Source of the DNA: Octopus sinensis
Taxonomy: Eukaryota
DNA: 64,000 bases
Assembly (NCBI RefSeq): GCF_006345805.1
Contig: NC_042997.1
Location: 85,932,001 to 85,996,000 of the forward strand
Direction: 5' to 3'
A program made the position numbers and the translations under genes. The notes below the pieces were generated by a model. The model saw only the letters and a program-made list of their open reading frames with translations, was not told where the DNA came from and made no database searches. Shown here one piece after another: positions 24,868-38,935 of the stretch. Within the stretch, counting starts at the first letter, position 1. Each line of letters opens with the position of its first letter.

Positions 24868-25560
24868 CAAGGTGCATTCCAGAAGTTTTGAGACTTCTTC
24901 AAGAAAAACTTTTATTAACTTCAAAGTACAAAATTCTAATCTCCTTCAAAGTAGGATCTTCTGACTTCAATACACTTGTTGCAGCACTCCAGCCACTTTG
25001 TGAAAACCCTATCTAAGTCCTCTAAAATGAATGTACCCAGGACCCTTATCACAGCCTCCTTCATCTTCTCTTTCAGCTTATGGAAAAAAAAACCCCAAAA
25101 GTCTCAAGGAGCAAGGTCTGGGTTGTAGGGAGGATCAGGAATAGTTTTGATAACCATATCTGTCAAATAGTTGATTACCAAGATGGGATTGTGGATTGGT
25201 GTATGTGCTTTGGACTTTTACAACAAACTCTCTTCCAGAACTCTCTCAAAACTAGCACAAAGTACTCTCTGTTGACTGTTTGGCTAGAGGAAACCCGGTG
25301 GATGTAGATGATGCTCTTGCTGTTGAAAAATGGAATCATAATGAGCTTCCTGACTGATTTACTTTGCCTGGCCTCTTGTGTCAATGAAAGGCAACTGCTC
25401 AGCTCATGCAAGCTAATCTATCTGCAATCTAGAGCATTTCATAAGTTTCTATCACATTTTCACCCAGGTGAACACAAAACTGTATTGCATAGTGAGTTTC
25501 CAAATTGTCCTCACATCCCATCTGCATTCTGCAAACTAGTCAGCTGCGATAAGCAGTGTT
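24868..25560 (-). mobile_element. Mariner-like transposase remnant
   Basis: Minus strand gives PDPPYNPDLAP*DF (mariner HPPYSPDLAPxD motif); no continuous ORF. Confidence 0.7.
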
Positions 25561-25659
25561 TAGTAGGGTTGTATTCAAAGTGCTGTTACAGCTGTCTCCT
25601 TCAGTCTGGAATAATAGAAGTTGACAGGTCAACTTATTAGATGCACAGTAATGGTATGA

Positions 25660-25880
25660 CAAAATTGGTTTCAAATTTTGGTACAAGGCCAGCAAGTTCA
25701 AGGGTGGAGGTAAGTTGACTACATCAACCCCACTGCTCCACAAGTACTTATTTTATCAACCCTGAAAGTTGACAGACAAAGTCAACCTCAATGGAATTTG
25801 AATGCAGAATGTAAATACAAACAAAATGCCACTAAGCATTTTACTTAGCATGCTAATGATTCTCCTAGCTCGTCACTTTA
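25660..25880 (-). mobile_element. SINE family A
   Basis: aaattttggtacaaggccagc...aaagtcaacctcaatggaatttgaatgcag...gctcgtcactt. Confidence 0.8.
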
Positions 25881-26127
25881 ATGATATACTAAGATTGCAA
25901 TAATCCAAGACAGTTATAACTGCCTCTCTTAAAAATGTCTCCGAACTGCTGGAATGCATCTTGTCTTATTATCCCTTCACATAATCTATATACATTGAAT
26001 CATACAAAATTTTCTTCCCAAATGTATGCACATGTTCTTTCAAATGGGTTTTATTGATATAAACGATACTGAAAAGTTATGCAACTGAAACAGTATAAGC
26101 TTTCTATTAAATATTGGTCTTATAAAG

Positions 26128-26353
26128 CAGGAATCCCCAACCATCAGGCCACAGACCAGTACTGGGCCACACAAAAAGAAAATAGATTTTTAAATATTAT
26201 TTCTATTTTATTAGCTATCACAATCTTTAGGGCATTTTTGCATTATATATGTAATAATTAGATTATATATTATGACTCCACTACCCACAGTCCAAGGAAA
26301 AATTGCCTTGCATGAAACTGGTACTTGGAGGGAAAAAAGGTTGAGTACCATTG
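26128..26353. mobile_element. hAT/Charlie-type MITE (MER1-like termini), 8-bp TSD
   Basis: Ends caggaatccccaacc.../...aaggttgagtaccattg; TSD ttataaag (26120-26127) / ttataagg (26354-26361). Confidence 0.75.
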
Positions 26354-26808
26354 TTATAAGGAATTATACATTCATTTGGACAATTTTTATGCCTATTCTC
26401 ATTCTGTAAACTTTTGCTTAATAGGAGTGTACATATATATATTCCATGTGGATGAATTTTTACCACACATCTCTGTATACACACTCAGCTATCACTTCAT
26501 TTTCTTTCCTTTCTGTATTGCTAATAAAGTTGTGATCTCTTTATCCATTTACTTTGGCTTACATTATGAACAGGGTTTTTATGTATAACTGTCCCAATCC
26601 AGAGCTTGAGAACTGGTTCATGCTTTAATCTGGCCTTCAAAGCCCAATGAATTTGACACCTCTAATATAGAGTGACACTACCCGCTCCTTTATCATTAGC
26701 TTGAATGTGCCCTTGTGGCCATCTGTTTCCTTAGTTTAAATCTTGTCAAGATCACCTTTGGTATTATTTCAGGATTGATAGAGTACCTGTTCAGTACTAG
26801 TGTCAATT

Positions 26809-26964
<156 letters not shown>

Positions 26965-27541
26965 CAAGTGTGATCAGGCCCATAGAAGGTTAGGTTCTTC
27001 TAGCATTAAAATGCCCAAGATATCTTGTATGTAATCAACAGCACTGCTATGTCCTCTATTAGGGGTTACAGACTCAGAGAAAATGTTCTCTTTTTGTAAT
27101 CATGTCTTTCCTATGGAGGAGTTTTTCAGGATTTTTTTCAGTGTTTTTCACTAATTTCTTTTGTTATTAATACAAAACCTTTTTTTCATAACATGTATTA
27201 CCATGTCCAAAATTTTCTAATTTTCCTTTTCTCCTTTTCTAAGACAGTAAGGCATGATTTGAGGTAAATTTGTCAGTTATTTCAAGCATGTCCAATAAAC
27301 CAGAGAAGCTCACCCATTGGCTCATATCAAACATAGCCTTTGTAAACATGGCAAAGGCAGAACCAAATAGCAAATTCAGATTCTGTCACTCATCCTACCC
27401 TCGCCCAACCCCTCTCCAATGGAGGCTTTGAATCCAAAACTGACCAGCAACATAAAATTGCTGTCTTAATGGAGTGGGGGAGGATGTTTTATAAAAAGGA
27501 CGATAACAAATGAAATGGCTTCCATCAGAAATAGAAACAGC

Positions 27542-27582
<41 letters not shown>

Positions 27583-27862
27583 CACACACGTTGACTGTGA
27601 TCATATTTAGTTTACATCTCAGCCAATCATGACCTTTTTACCTATTGGTTTCCATGATTTAAAAATAGCATCTGGTTGAACTAGAATGAAATTTATAGCT
27701 CAAATTTACTGATTTTATATGCGTTTATGTGTGTGAGAGTATATGTTTGTGTGTGTGTGTGGGTGGGTGGGTGGGTGGTGGTTGGTTATAGGAAAGTGGA
27801 CATTAAATGAGGATGATGATATAAAACCATACTTGTGTATATATATAAATATTTATTTATAA

Positions 27863-27906
<44 letters not shown>

Positions 27907-28091
27907 ACACACACACACACATACATGTATATATGTGTGTGAATATGTAAGCATATATACATATATATATATGCATAAAAATGTGTATATGTATATAAAT
28001 ATACATAGAAATGTATTTTTGTGTGTGTGTATATATGCATAAATATGTATATACAGGAGTATGTACACAAATGTGAAATTCTGTGTATGTG

Positions 28092-28149
<58 letters not shown>

Positions 28150-29164
28150 CATAAACACCCAGGTGTATATGTATATATATAAAAATATATATAAATGTAT
28201 GTATCTCTCTATATATATAAGTATTTACATACACACACACACATATATAAGCATACACACCTCATACATACAAACATTATCTTTATCATTTGTTTGTGGT
28301 ACCATTTGAGTCACAATTAATATCTTGAATGGACATTTCAAAGAAAGGACACTCATCAATATAAATCACAACAAACCATATCTTCATAAATTTTCTCACC
28401 TTCTTTACTCCAAAGATTTATGAATATTCATGCTGTCTATCATATATGTCCGTACATGTACTACATTAGTATGTATTAGTGTGTGTCTGCATGTGTGGGT
28501 GCATATTTGTTATATGATTATTGCTAGTATTGGTTAGTATGCATACACATGTTTCTGTCTATGTGTGTGTGTACAAAAGTCCCCATTTATGTATGTGTGT
28601 GTGCAAAGAGAAAAAGGGTGAGATACATATATACATGCATACAGATTACATTTATGTGTGTGCATCTATATATAATCATATATACATATACCCACACAAG
28701 CACACTCATGCATATATTTATTTATGGCCATATATGCACATAACACACCCATTACTTTAATTTTCTAAGTTTGTAAACAGGGAAAAAAATTTAATATTTC
28801 ATACATTTAAGAATTAAAGAATATGCGTTTTACCAAAACATTTTATCTAATAAAACATGATAAAATTAAGTAATGATTGCTATAAAAATGCATGTGTGCA
28901 CCCAGAGCTGTGCTTATACACACATGCACATTATCTGGGTGTGTGCTTGCGTGTGTGTCTACATATATGTAACTTTAGGCGTCTACCACACAGCTAAGTT
29001 GAAACATTTCTTACAGACAAATGTATACAGGCATATATATATGTGCACACACACATACATAGAAACATACACCCACACATTTAAATATACACATGTGGAT
29101 GTATGTCTTCATCTATGTATTCTATGTAGGTATGAAAATGTGTGTGTGTGTGCACATATATATC

Positions 29165-29310
<146 letters not shown>

Positions 29311-31829
29311 TTATATATATTTATATTTATATATATTATATATATATATATATATACATACCCACACAAACATTAATATCAAACAGTGAGAATGAGTGCT
29401 CAACACGACATTGGAAGATAATATATATATATATGTATATCTAATCTATATATATATATATATATATCCTACTCTCTCTTTATATATGTGTGTATACTTA
29501 TATCTTAATCTCTCTTTGTGTGTGCGTATGTATGTGTGTATATACATACATACATACACAAACATTCACATACCAACATACATAGCTACAAATGCGACAA
29601 TATGGTTGGGGTTTTTTTTCTTCTTATTTATTCATACTTATCAGATGTGCAAATCAATAAATATTTGGAAAAAGTCTTTTTTCTTTTTATTCGCTTATTT
29701 CAATATTTCCTTTCTAGATCCAGAACTTTGCTCCATCTTCCATTGTAAAATTGTAGAGAAAAAAAATCTACCATATTTTAAATTCTTATTTTATTTATTT
29801 ATTTTTGTTGTTGGTTGCTTTTATTTCATGTGACATTCCCCCCACACACACACATACGCACACTCCCTTAGAATATAAAAAAAACAATCATATATCCAAA
29901 AATGATTTTTCACTCATAACTCTTTCTGTCTTTCTCTCTGTGCCTCCCTTTACCCCTCTCTCTTGCTTTCTCTTTCTCTCTTCATCTCTCTCTTTGTTCC
30001 TCTCTCCCATACTGTCATCACTTCATGATTTCTCCATGCTGAACATATAGACTAACTGATTGGTGTTGGTGGTGTTAGTAATGTTAGTGTTGCAGTTGAT
30101 GTTGGTTTTGTTGGAGGTGGTGGTGGTGTTGGTGCTTATAAAATGTTATAATTGGATTTGTCATTGATTGGTGGTGTTTTATGTTTTTGTTTCTTTTTAT
30201 TTGTTGCAATTGTTTTAGTTGGAACATTTCCCCCCCCCCCTGTCTATATGTAAAACCTTAGTTTAGTTGTCGGATAAATCAATGAAATATTTGGTCCACA
30301 AGTTGAAGTGTTGCCAGGATCAGTTCAAATTGCATTCTTATGCTCATGTCCTGCCAACAGATTAATTATTCTTGCACTAAAAAGTGTGTATGGATAATTT
30401 TAAAATATTAGTGAAGGTAAGCCTAATGAATGAACAACCAACTAGGTTTGAAACTGGTCAAGTTAACCCTCCATTAATTTCTTTTTTTTTTGAGAGAGAT
30501 TTGTTTGTTGTCAATTTAATACCTGTGTCAAGATGCCCTTGTAAGCTTCATGGTTGTGTTACCATTGATAGTTTGTGATGAGGACAATGTTGATGGGTTT
30601 CTTTTGTTGCTATGTGTGTTAGATGACAAGGACTGCAATGTGTAACAAGATACTCTGTGAGCCAGCCAATCCATTCCATCATGGACAAACAGATTTTAAA
30701 TGATACTATTGGTGGTAGTGATAATGATGATGATGATGATTCTTAGTGGTAATGTTTATAACAATAAAGAAATTAAGTGTTAATAACAGTTATAATGTTG
30801 GTGACACAAATGATAATTATGCAAACCCCTGCTGCTATTAATATGCTATTCAGTAGTGCCCTTTCAGCACTCTACCCACTAGTGCCCTATCCTGTGATAA
30901 GCTATCAACATGCTTTTGTGTAGAACCCTAATACTACCCCATCTTATAGTATTCTTTCACCACTAGCATCCTATCATTATTGATACCCTATTCAGTAATG
31001 CCTTAACTGTTTTGTAATGCCTTAAGTGGTCAGTTACCAGAATAAGTTGTTTATAAAAGTTGAAGCCACTTCTGTCTACATGTTTGCGAATGAAACCTCA
31101 TGGTTGCTGCCATGGTACACTTTGTACTATGTATGAGACCAATGAGATGAAATACCTCTTCTGTGGGGATGAATGCAGTAATACAGCTATCAATTGCATT
31201 TGTCAGTTTTACAATGCTTTTTGATTTCCTATTTAAATAAACTTACCATATCTTGGTACTTCCTTGTAGTTAGGTAAATTATGTTATTGAGAGCAAAGTT
31301 TCTAGTTTATGCATAAACACCTGTGATAAATTTCACAGTCAATGTGCTGCTGGTTGTACAATAGCCTATCATCTCAGCCATCTGTAATTATCATATTAAA
31401 ATGAAGACTGGTAATTTAAACCAGATCTTCAGGTGTGCATTTTAGCACCTTCTGACATGGATACCTATCAAATCTTCATCCATGTAACAGCCAGATTGAT
31501 ATTCATAATCTCTCTGTCTTATATCTCAAGATAGAAGCTACATGTTTACACTCCTTAACCAAAATTCAGTATCATACCATTCAATAAGAAATAAATTAAG
31601 TAATACTTGTTAAATACTTAGTTCAGTTAACTTTTTGTGTGATATGAATTCTTATTCCAGTAAAGCTGATCAGGTCACTGTATCATTGGTAACATCATCA
31701 TTGATATCATCATTGATATTATCCTTTACACCAGAATGATAATAGTGCCACCCCCTTATCTGTCTGTTCTCTTTAAGCAATCATTGCATATGCACAATTT
31801 CCTTCCAGATTTGTCTGTCTATCTATCCA

Positions 31830-32195
31830 TCTTTTAATTGTTTCAGTCATTAGTCTGCAGCCCTGCTGGGTCACCACCTTGAAGAGCTTTTAGTCAAATG
31901 AACTGACCCTAATATTTACTTTTTGTTTTAAGCCTGGTACCTATTCTATTGATCACTTTTGCTGAACCACTATGTTACAGAGACATAAACACACCAGCAT
32001 CAGTTGTCAAGCGGTGGTTGGGTACAAACACACACACACATATATTTATGACAGACTCCTTTTAGTTTCCATCTACCAAATCCACTCATAAGGCTTTGTT
32101 TGACCAGAGGCTATAGTAGATGCCCAAGGTGCCATGCAGTGGGACTGAACCTGCAATCATGTGGTGAGAAGCAAACTTCTTTCCACACAGCCATG
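31830..32195 (-). mobile_element. Long CORE-like SINE (family B)
   Basis: Aligns to 33100-33485. Confidence 0.85.
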
Positions 32196-32781
32196 TATCA
32201 TTAATGGTTATATTTAGGTTTTTCAGATCTTTTTGGATCATTTCTAACCTGATCTTTTTTTCTGTATTCTTTTGTGTATTTCCTATTTGTATGGCTGGAA
32301 ATATCTAAGTCTATATGGCAACTTACAATAATACATTTCAGTTTGTTTGGCTATTCATATAAAATCACTGTTTCTGAATTGATTCAGAAATGGCCAGTTG
32401 GCAAGAACAAATTCATCAAATGTAATCATTCTTAAAACATAGTTAATCTGCTCTACTCACGGGATTTAGCACAGGCATCTCATTTAAAAGACTTGCAAAA
32501 TATCAAACTTCCTTGAGAGTAATGATCAGGATTTGATTCGATATAATGAGTGTTGGTGATCAATGATTCCAATTGTTCAATCAACTGAAACACATAATCA
32601 TTGAATTGTATTGTTAGTAAGTGGCTGAATATTCCACATACTCTTTCTGTATACATCAGACATGGTTGTGTGGTTAAGAAGCTTCTTTTACAACAATGTG
32701 GTTTTGGGTTCAGTTCTACTACAGGATACCTTGAGCAAGAAGGTTCTACTATAGCCCTAAGCCACACAACTTATACATATC

Positions 32782-32920
32782 TATAGAGGCAATTATGTAG
32801 ATAAACAAATTAGATACATTAGATAAATTGCCTGTATACATATATACGTATTTTGTATTTCATGCCCAAACTTTTATATTTAACATATCTAATTTGTTTA
32901 TCCACATAATTGCCTCTCTA
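32782..32920. mobile_element. Small MITE with about 33-bp TIRs, TA ends
   Basis: agaggcaattatgtagataaacaaattagata vs tatctaatttgtttatccacataattgcctct (one mismatch). Confidence 0.8.
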
Positions 32921-33060
32921 TCCACTCAACTTGATCCCTCTTATAGCCATTCTTTACCCGGTGGAATTCAGCCCCTGTAAAGACATTGGAGTCTAATTTT
33001 GAATCTTTTGAGCACTGATAAGTGTCTTCTGTACTGAGAATCTCTGAATCTCACCCTTAG

Positions 33061-33099
<39 letters not shown>

Positions 33100-33485
33100 T
33101 CTTTTTACTCTTTTACTTGTTTCAGTCATTTGACTGTGGCCATGCTGGAGCACCGCCTTTAGTCAAGTAAATCAATCCCCGGACTTATTCTTTGTAAGCC
33201 CAGTACTTATTCTATTGGTCTCTTTTGCCAAACCGCTAAGTTACAGGAACGTAAACACACCAGCATCAATTATCAAGCGGTGTTGGGGGGGACAAACACA
33301 GACACACAAACACACTCACATATATATGTATACATATACATATATATGACGGGCTTCTTTCAGTATCCGTCTACCAAATCCACTCACAAGGCTTTCGTCG
33401 GCCCAAGGCTATAGTAAAAGATGCTTGCCCACGTTGCCACGCAGTGGGACTGAACCCAGAACCATGTGGTTGGTAAGCAAGCTAT
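33100..33485 (-). mobile_element. Long CORE-like SINE (family B), well preserved
   Basis: Reverse: tRNA-like head ggttctgggttcagtcccactgcgtggcaacgtgggcaagcatctt, body and (CTTTTA) tail; CpGs largely intact. Confidence 0.9.
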
Positions 33486-34132
33486 ATATATATGCAGAAA
33501 CCATGCCAAAACAGGCAATGGAGCCTGGTGTGACACCTGGCCTTATCAGCTCTGGTTAAACTGTCCAACCAACACCAGTACGGAAGACAAATGTAAAATG
33601 AGGATGACAATGATTATGTTTGCTGATCATACTGACTTAACAAGAAAAACTGAAATAGTGGTGACAGGTATTAGTGATTGTATGAATAACAGAATTTATG
33701 GAGGGTAGTGTAGTTTTCTAGCAATTTGTATGTACAAAGTTAAGCTATTAATGAGTTGCTGAGTTACCTACAACATTATCAAGTTAAGTGTGTACCTGTT
33801 CAACTATGTTCCTATGCAGAAATGCATATATGTGAATACTTGTATATTTGTGTATGTGTGTGCACATGTGTGTACGTGTGTGTGTGTAGGTGTGAGAACA
33901 TGATGGTTTCTAAGGTAAGATAGCATGTTTATTATACAAAGAAAATGTATCTATCTTGAATTTCTTCATGACTGCTTAAAGTCTCTTATGAAAAACCAAG
34001 TGAGATCCTTCCTCTTTGATGATTTCCTGGTTGAGATTTAGAAGTTTTTGTTGGATTATGGATGTTTATTTCACCATCACTATACTCTCTCTCTCACTCA
34101 CCCTCCTCCTTTCTGTGTGTGTGTGTGTGTGC

Positions 34133-34167
<35 letters not shown>

Positions 34168-34458
34168 TACGTGCACAAGATACTATTTCTTTCTTTCTCT
34201 CTTGTTATTCCCCACCAATATGTTCCTAGATGTTTGCTTCATTGATTCAGATATATCTGCCGATATTTCTACCCTGACTTAATGGAAGTTATTATTACAT
34301 CATAGATATTCTACCGTCTCATTCTTTGTTGCTGTGTGGATGCTATTGCATGTGTGCGTGTATTGTACACATAACACATGTACACCTCTTGTTGATTTGT
34401 ATATGTGTGTGCATGTATGTGTTTAAATCTATAATGTTGTTATATTGTTATCTTAAGC

Positions 34459-34499
<41 letters not shown>

Positions 34500-34708
34500 T
34501 ATTATTATTATTATCATTATTATTCATAATTAACAGGAAAGGTATAAATAACATTACATGTACATTCAAAACTCTTTGAGATACATATATATATATATAT
34601 ATATATATACATACATACACACTCACATACAGACACACTTACATAAACATGTACACACACATATCCATTCCACCATCCCTGAAATTAAATCCTTCATATA
34701 TAAGAATG

Positions 34709-34761
<53 letters not shown>

Positions 34762-34816
34762 TATATATAACAAAGATAAATGCGATACAATAAAATTAAT
34801 TATAATCGCCGGTGTA

Positions 34817-34855
<39 letters not shown>

Positions 34856-35458
34856 CTATGTATTTTATATATATAAATTATATAATATAATACAATTACA
34901 CAAACACACACACAGAGCTATCACCTTATCCTTGAAATTGAATTATATATAAGAATGAATTTTTATATACATAACATTATAATGTAATAAATATAATATA
35001 TCTATATAACACATTATAATACAATATATATATATAAACACATTATAATACAGTACAATATTATACATACACACACGCAACTCAAATACACATTCTGTGT
35101 GAGCAAGAGGTCTTTCTGTGTCATGATTCCCCTAAATCCTGCTCTTATATACATGCTGAGCACACTCCTAAGTATGAGCTACATACACTACAAAGAGTAG
35201 TAACATTGTTATCAACCCCAACAGCAATAATTATAATCCTTATTTTGACACAAGGCCTGAAATTTGTGGGGTGGGAAATAGTTGATTACATTGACCCCAG
35301 TGCACAACTGATACTTTATTTTTATCAACCCTAAAAAGATAAAAGGTAATGTTGATCTCAGTGGAAGTTCATCCAACATACTAATTATTCTGATAGTTTA
35401 CTGCCTTAGCTAGGATGATGATCATGACAACGACAACGATGACGAAGAAGAAGAAATT

Positions 35459-35725
35459 AATGCCAATAGGCCAGATATAGTTGTCAGAGACCACCAAGAA
35501 AAAAATGCTTTCTAATCGAAGTATCAATACCAAAAGATAACAATGTTTCTCTAAAAGAAATGGAAAAACTTTCAAAATACAAAGACCTGGAAATAGTGGT
35601 AACTCAAATAGGGAGCCTAAAAACCGAAACAATTCCTATCATAGTAGGCGCATTAGGTATGATAAAGAAATATTCTGACAAATACATAACAAAACCATCA
35701 GGACTAACAAGTATGTATAACATAC
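35459..35725 (+). mobile_element. R4/Dong-type LINE RLE-domain fragment
   Basis: ANRPDIVVRDHQEK/CFLIEVSIPKDNNVSLKEMEKLSKYKDLEIVVTQIGSLKTETIPIIVGALGMIKK (one frameshift in an A-run): PD..D/E..K nuclease region. Confidence 0.85.
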
Positions 35726-35754
35726 TTCTAGATTTTTTCCTGAACAGGCAACAG

Positions 35755-36130
35755 GCTGACATGGCTGTATAGTAAGAAGCTTGCTTCCCAACCACCTGGT
35801 TCAGGGTTCAGTCTCACTGAGTAGCACCTTGGGCAAATGTCTTCTACTATAGTCTCAGATTGACTATAGATGTAGTAGATGGAAAGTGAAAGAAGCCCAT
35901 CATATAAGTGTGTGTGTGTCTTAGTCTTTGTGTTTGTCCCCAACCACCACTTGACCTCTGGTGCTTGTGTGTTTATGTCCAAGTAACTTAGCAGTTTGGC
36001 AAAAGAGAGTAATAGAGTAAGTACCAGGCTTTGAAAACAAAATAAGTACTGGGATCGATACATTCGACTAAAATTTCAAGGTGGTGCCCTAGCATGGCCA
36101 CAGTCAAATGACTGAAACAAGTAAAAGATA
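35755..36130 (+). mobile_element. Long CORE-like SINE (family B)
   Basis: gaagcttgcttcccaaccacc...gcaccttgggcaaatgtcttctactatag...gtcaaatgactgaaacaagtaaaag. Confidence 0.85.
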
Positions 36131-36734
36131 AGGTAAATATCCAACCTGATTGACTCCAGAAGAGACAACTCAGATAATTCTTGTTACAACTCCTTTTTGT
36201 AGCTGCTGTTTACTAAAAAGACATAGATCAGAAGCTGTCCAGTCTATTTCTTATGTGTCATGCACTCAGAAGAGGATATATTTGAATAATGTGGTCCTAA
36301 TATGTTATGGAGTGATTTGGGAAAGATTTAACTGCTATTTCTAGCAGATTGAGTTACCACATAGAAGCTTACAATTCGACTTATGAGTCTGTGTCTATGA
36401 TAATGGAGATGAGTAAATTAAAATCAGTCTGAACATGGCAGCTGCTGCCCATTAGCCCTCAATATTCGTCTAACAATTATTTGTGCTGTTAGCTCATATC
36501 ACTGGTATACTTAAATCCATTGCCCTGTTTCAAATGAGTAATTTCTGATCCTGAAGTAGAGGGGATGACTCTAGTAGAGTCCATTCTTTACCAAGCTTTT
36601 AGATGAAGTCTGTCTCCAGTCTGTGAATAACCTGTCTTCCTCTAACAGCCCCCCCCCACAGTCTGAGTCCCATACAGAGAAGGGAAGCTATCCTTCCTCC
36701 TCTGACTGAAATGTGTGTGTGTGTGTGTGTGTGA

Positions 36735-37030
36735 AGGTGTATAGCCTAGTGGCTATAGTGTTGCACTCACAATTGTAAAGTCATGATTTCAATTCCTAGA
36801 CTGGTGGATTGTTGTGTTCTTGAGCAAAACACTTTTGTTCATGTTGCTCCAGTCCACTTAGCTGTAAATGGGTAAACCTTTGATGAACTGTCATTTTGTT
36901 CAGGGAGAATGTTGGTCTAACTGCTTGGCCGGCAGGGTGGGCATCACTCGAAAGCTTAAATGATGCAAGAAAATGCATTGTGACCAGCAGTGTATAACAA
37001 CATCTGAAAGTCTGGTGAATGCAGTGATAT
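36735..37030 (+). mobile_element. tRNA-derived SINE (family E-like)
   Basis: gcctagtggctatagtgttg...gtgttcttgagcaaaacac...gttgctccagtccacttagctg. Confidence 0.65.
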
Positions 37031-37107
37031 GTCCCACCCATGCCAGCATGGAAAGCAGACGTTAAACAATGATGATGACCATGATGATATATATCGTTGC
37101 TATTATG

Positions 37108-37672
37108 TTAAACTGTCGTACGTCCAAATTTGGCCAAATCCATTTATTTTCAATATTCAATTTTGCTTGCAATAGCCAGTTCTTTTGGTCAAAGAATCAT
37201 ATCTCCAGCTGCTTCAGATGCCAAGATACCAATAATTGTTAAAATGTAGTAGTACAACGATTTTGCTATGGAATGGTGAAACTATTTTTTTCATTTTCTG
37301 AAAAAGCAATGTTTTGGACTTATGATACTTTTGCATTATAGCAACGATTTTATATAAATTGTTGGCATCCTTTTGTCTTGGGAGACAATGGAGTTGCACA
37401 TAAATTAATCCAATCTGGTTTTTACATTTCATGTCCATTCCAGTTTCCTCTTCAGTTTTGCACATGCCTGGGCTACATGTAAGAAAATCCTGGGTAGCCC
37501 AATCATCAGGATTCCCCTCTCGACCTTCCTGATGTAGTCCAAAGGCATGCAGAGCATTACATTTGGCACCAGCTTTGTTGCAGGAGCTGCCAGAAGAGTG
37601 TCAAGTTGAACATTAAACCGCCTATGGGGCTCCACTCCAAATTTCTTTGAAGGTTGTTTCCTTTCTGTAACC
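37108..37672 (-). mobile_element. Possible piggyBac-like transposase C-terminal remnant
   Basis: Cys-containing broken frames on the minus strand ending near a TTAA (37108-37111); weak, motif-level only. Confidence 0.25.
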
Positions 37673-37907
37673 CTGAGAGAGAGAAAGAGAGTTAATAGGA
37701 GGGCAAAATACTTCATAAGCCCTCTCATAGGACAGAAATGAATCTGATGAAAGTAGCATTAATTTTTTTTCGGTTGTTCAATTTTTCTCATCTGATTGAG
37801 AAAACCTATCAGCAATGTACCTATAAAGACTACTGGAAACAGCTGTAAGCCAGATTTATTTTAATATTGGAAAAATATGTAATGACCATTATTTATACCT
37901 TATCTCA

Positions 37908-37948
<41 letters not shown>

Positions 37949-38423
37949 TATATCTGTAAAAGAAGCACACTCTAAACATTAGAGCAGTAAATTTAAACTA
38001 AACACAAGAAGAAACTTCCTTCAACAGGCAGTTCTTACACACTAGAAGTAGTAGTCAAAACAACCAAAACCATATTTAAGGGCAAATTCTCAAAAGGAAT
38101 GAAAAATAAAAACTTTTATCTTGTTATTTTATTTTGGTCAGACCTAGGTTTCTAAATTTTTTTGTCAAATAAAATAATTTGCTAGGCGAATTTTTCATCA
38201 ATGACCATGCCATAACACTAACATATAATTAAGAGATGATTAACACGTGTCTCTTCGTTATACATTATAATTCTTTAAATTCACTTTGCAAGCACAGTTT
38301 CATTCGGTAGTAAATGAATAACTGCCGAATTAATCTTTTAAAAGTTGCTAAAAACATATACGTAAAATATATAGGGTAGTGAGTTTTTTAGAAATTTCAC
38401 TAAATTTCATTAGAGCAGTAATG

Positions 38424-38632
38424 TATTTATAGGAAGTTAATTATATGGCCAGTCATAGAGTGACTAATGGTTTCACATTTATAAAGTGCTTAGCTTTATA
38501 GATGGCTCATTGGACTCTTATGGCTGTGGGCTAGAGTGACCCATGGTTTCGCATCTATAAAGCACTTAGCCTTATAGATACGAAACCATTGGTCATTCTA
38601 TGGCTGGCCACATAATTAACTTCCTATAAATA
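38424..38632. mobile_element. Palindromic MITE made of two tandem sub-hairpins, TA ends
   Basis: TIR tatttataggaagttaatta / taattaacttcctataaata; interior contains two related about 75-bp hairpins. Confidence 0.8.
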
Positions 38633-38935
38633 TGTGAACTGGCACTCCATTGGTTACAACAATGAGGGCTCCAGATGATCCGATCAACAGAACAGGCTGC
38701 TTCTGAAATTTACTTGCAAGTGGCTGAGTACTCCACAGACACGTGTACTGTTATCATAGTTCTCAGGGTGATTCAGCATGACACAGAATGAGCTAAGGTT
38801 GGACCTTTGAAATACAGGTACTACTTAATTTTGCCAGGTGAATGGACTGGAGCAACATGAAATAAAGCCTGTTGTCAGGAATCAAACTCACAACCTTACA
38901 GTCATAAGCCAAATACCCCAACCATTAAGCCATGT
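38633..38935 (-). mobile_element. tRNA-derived SINE (family F)
   Basis: gagtactccacagacacgtgt...ctggagcaacatgaaataaag...ggaatcaaactc; reverse complement of 39268-39570. Confidence 0.8.

Noticed and set aside
31020-31500. Possible integrase/transposase remnant on the minus strand
   Set aside because: Only a vague resemblance across broken frames; cannot be supported without a homology search.
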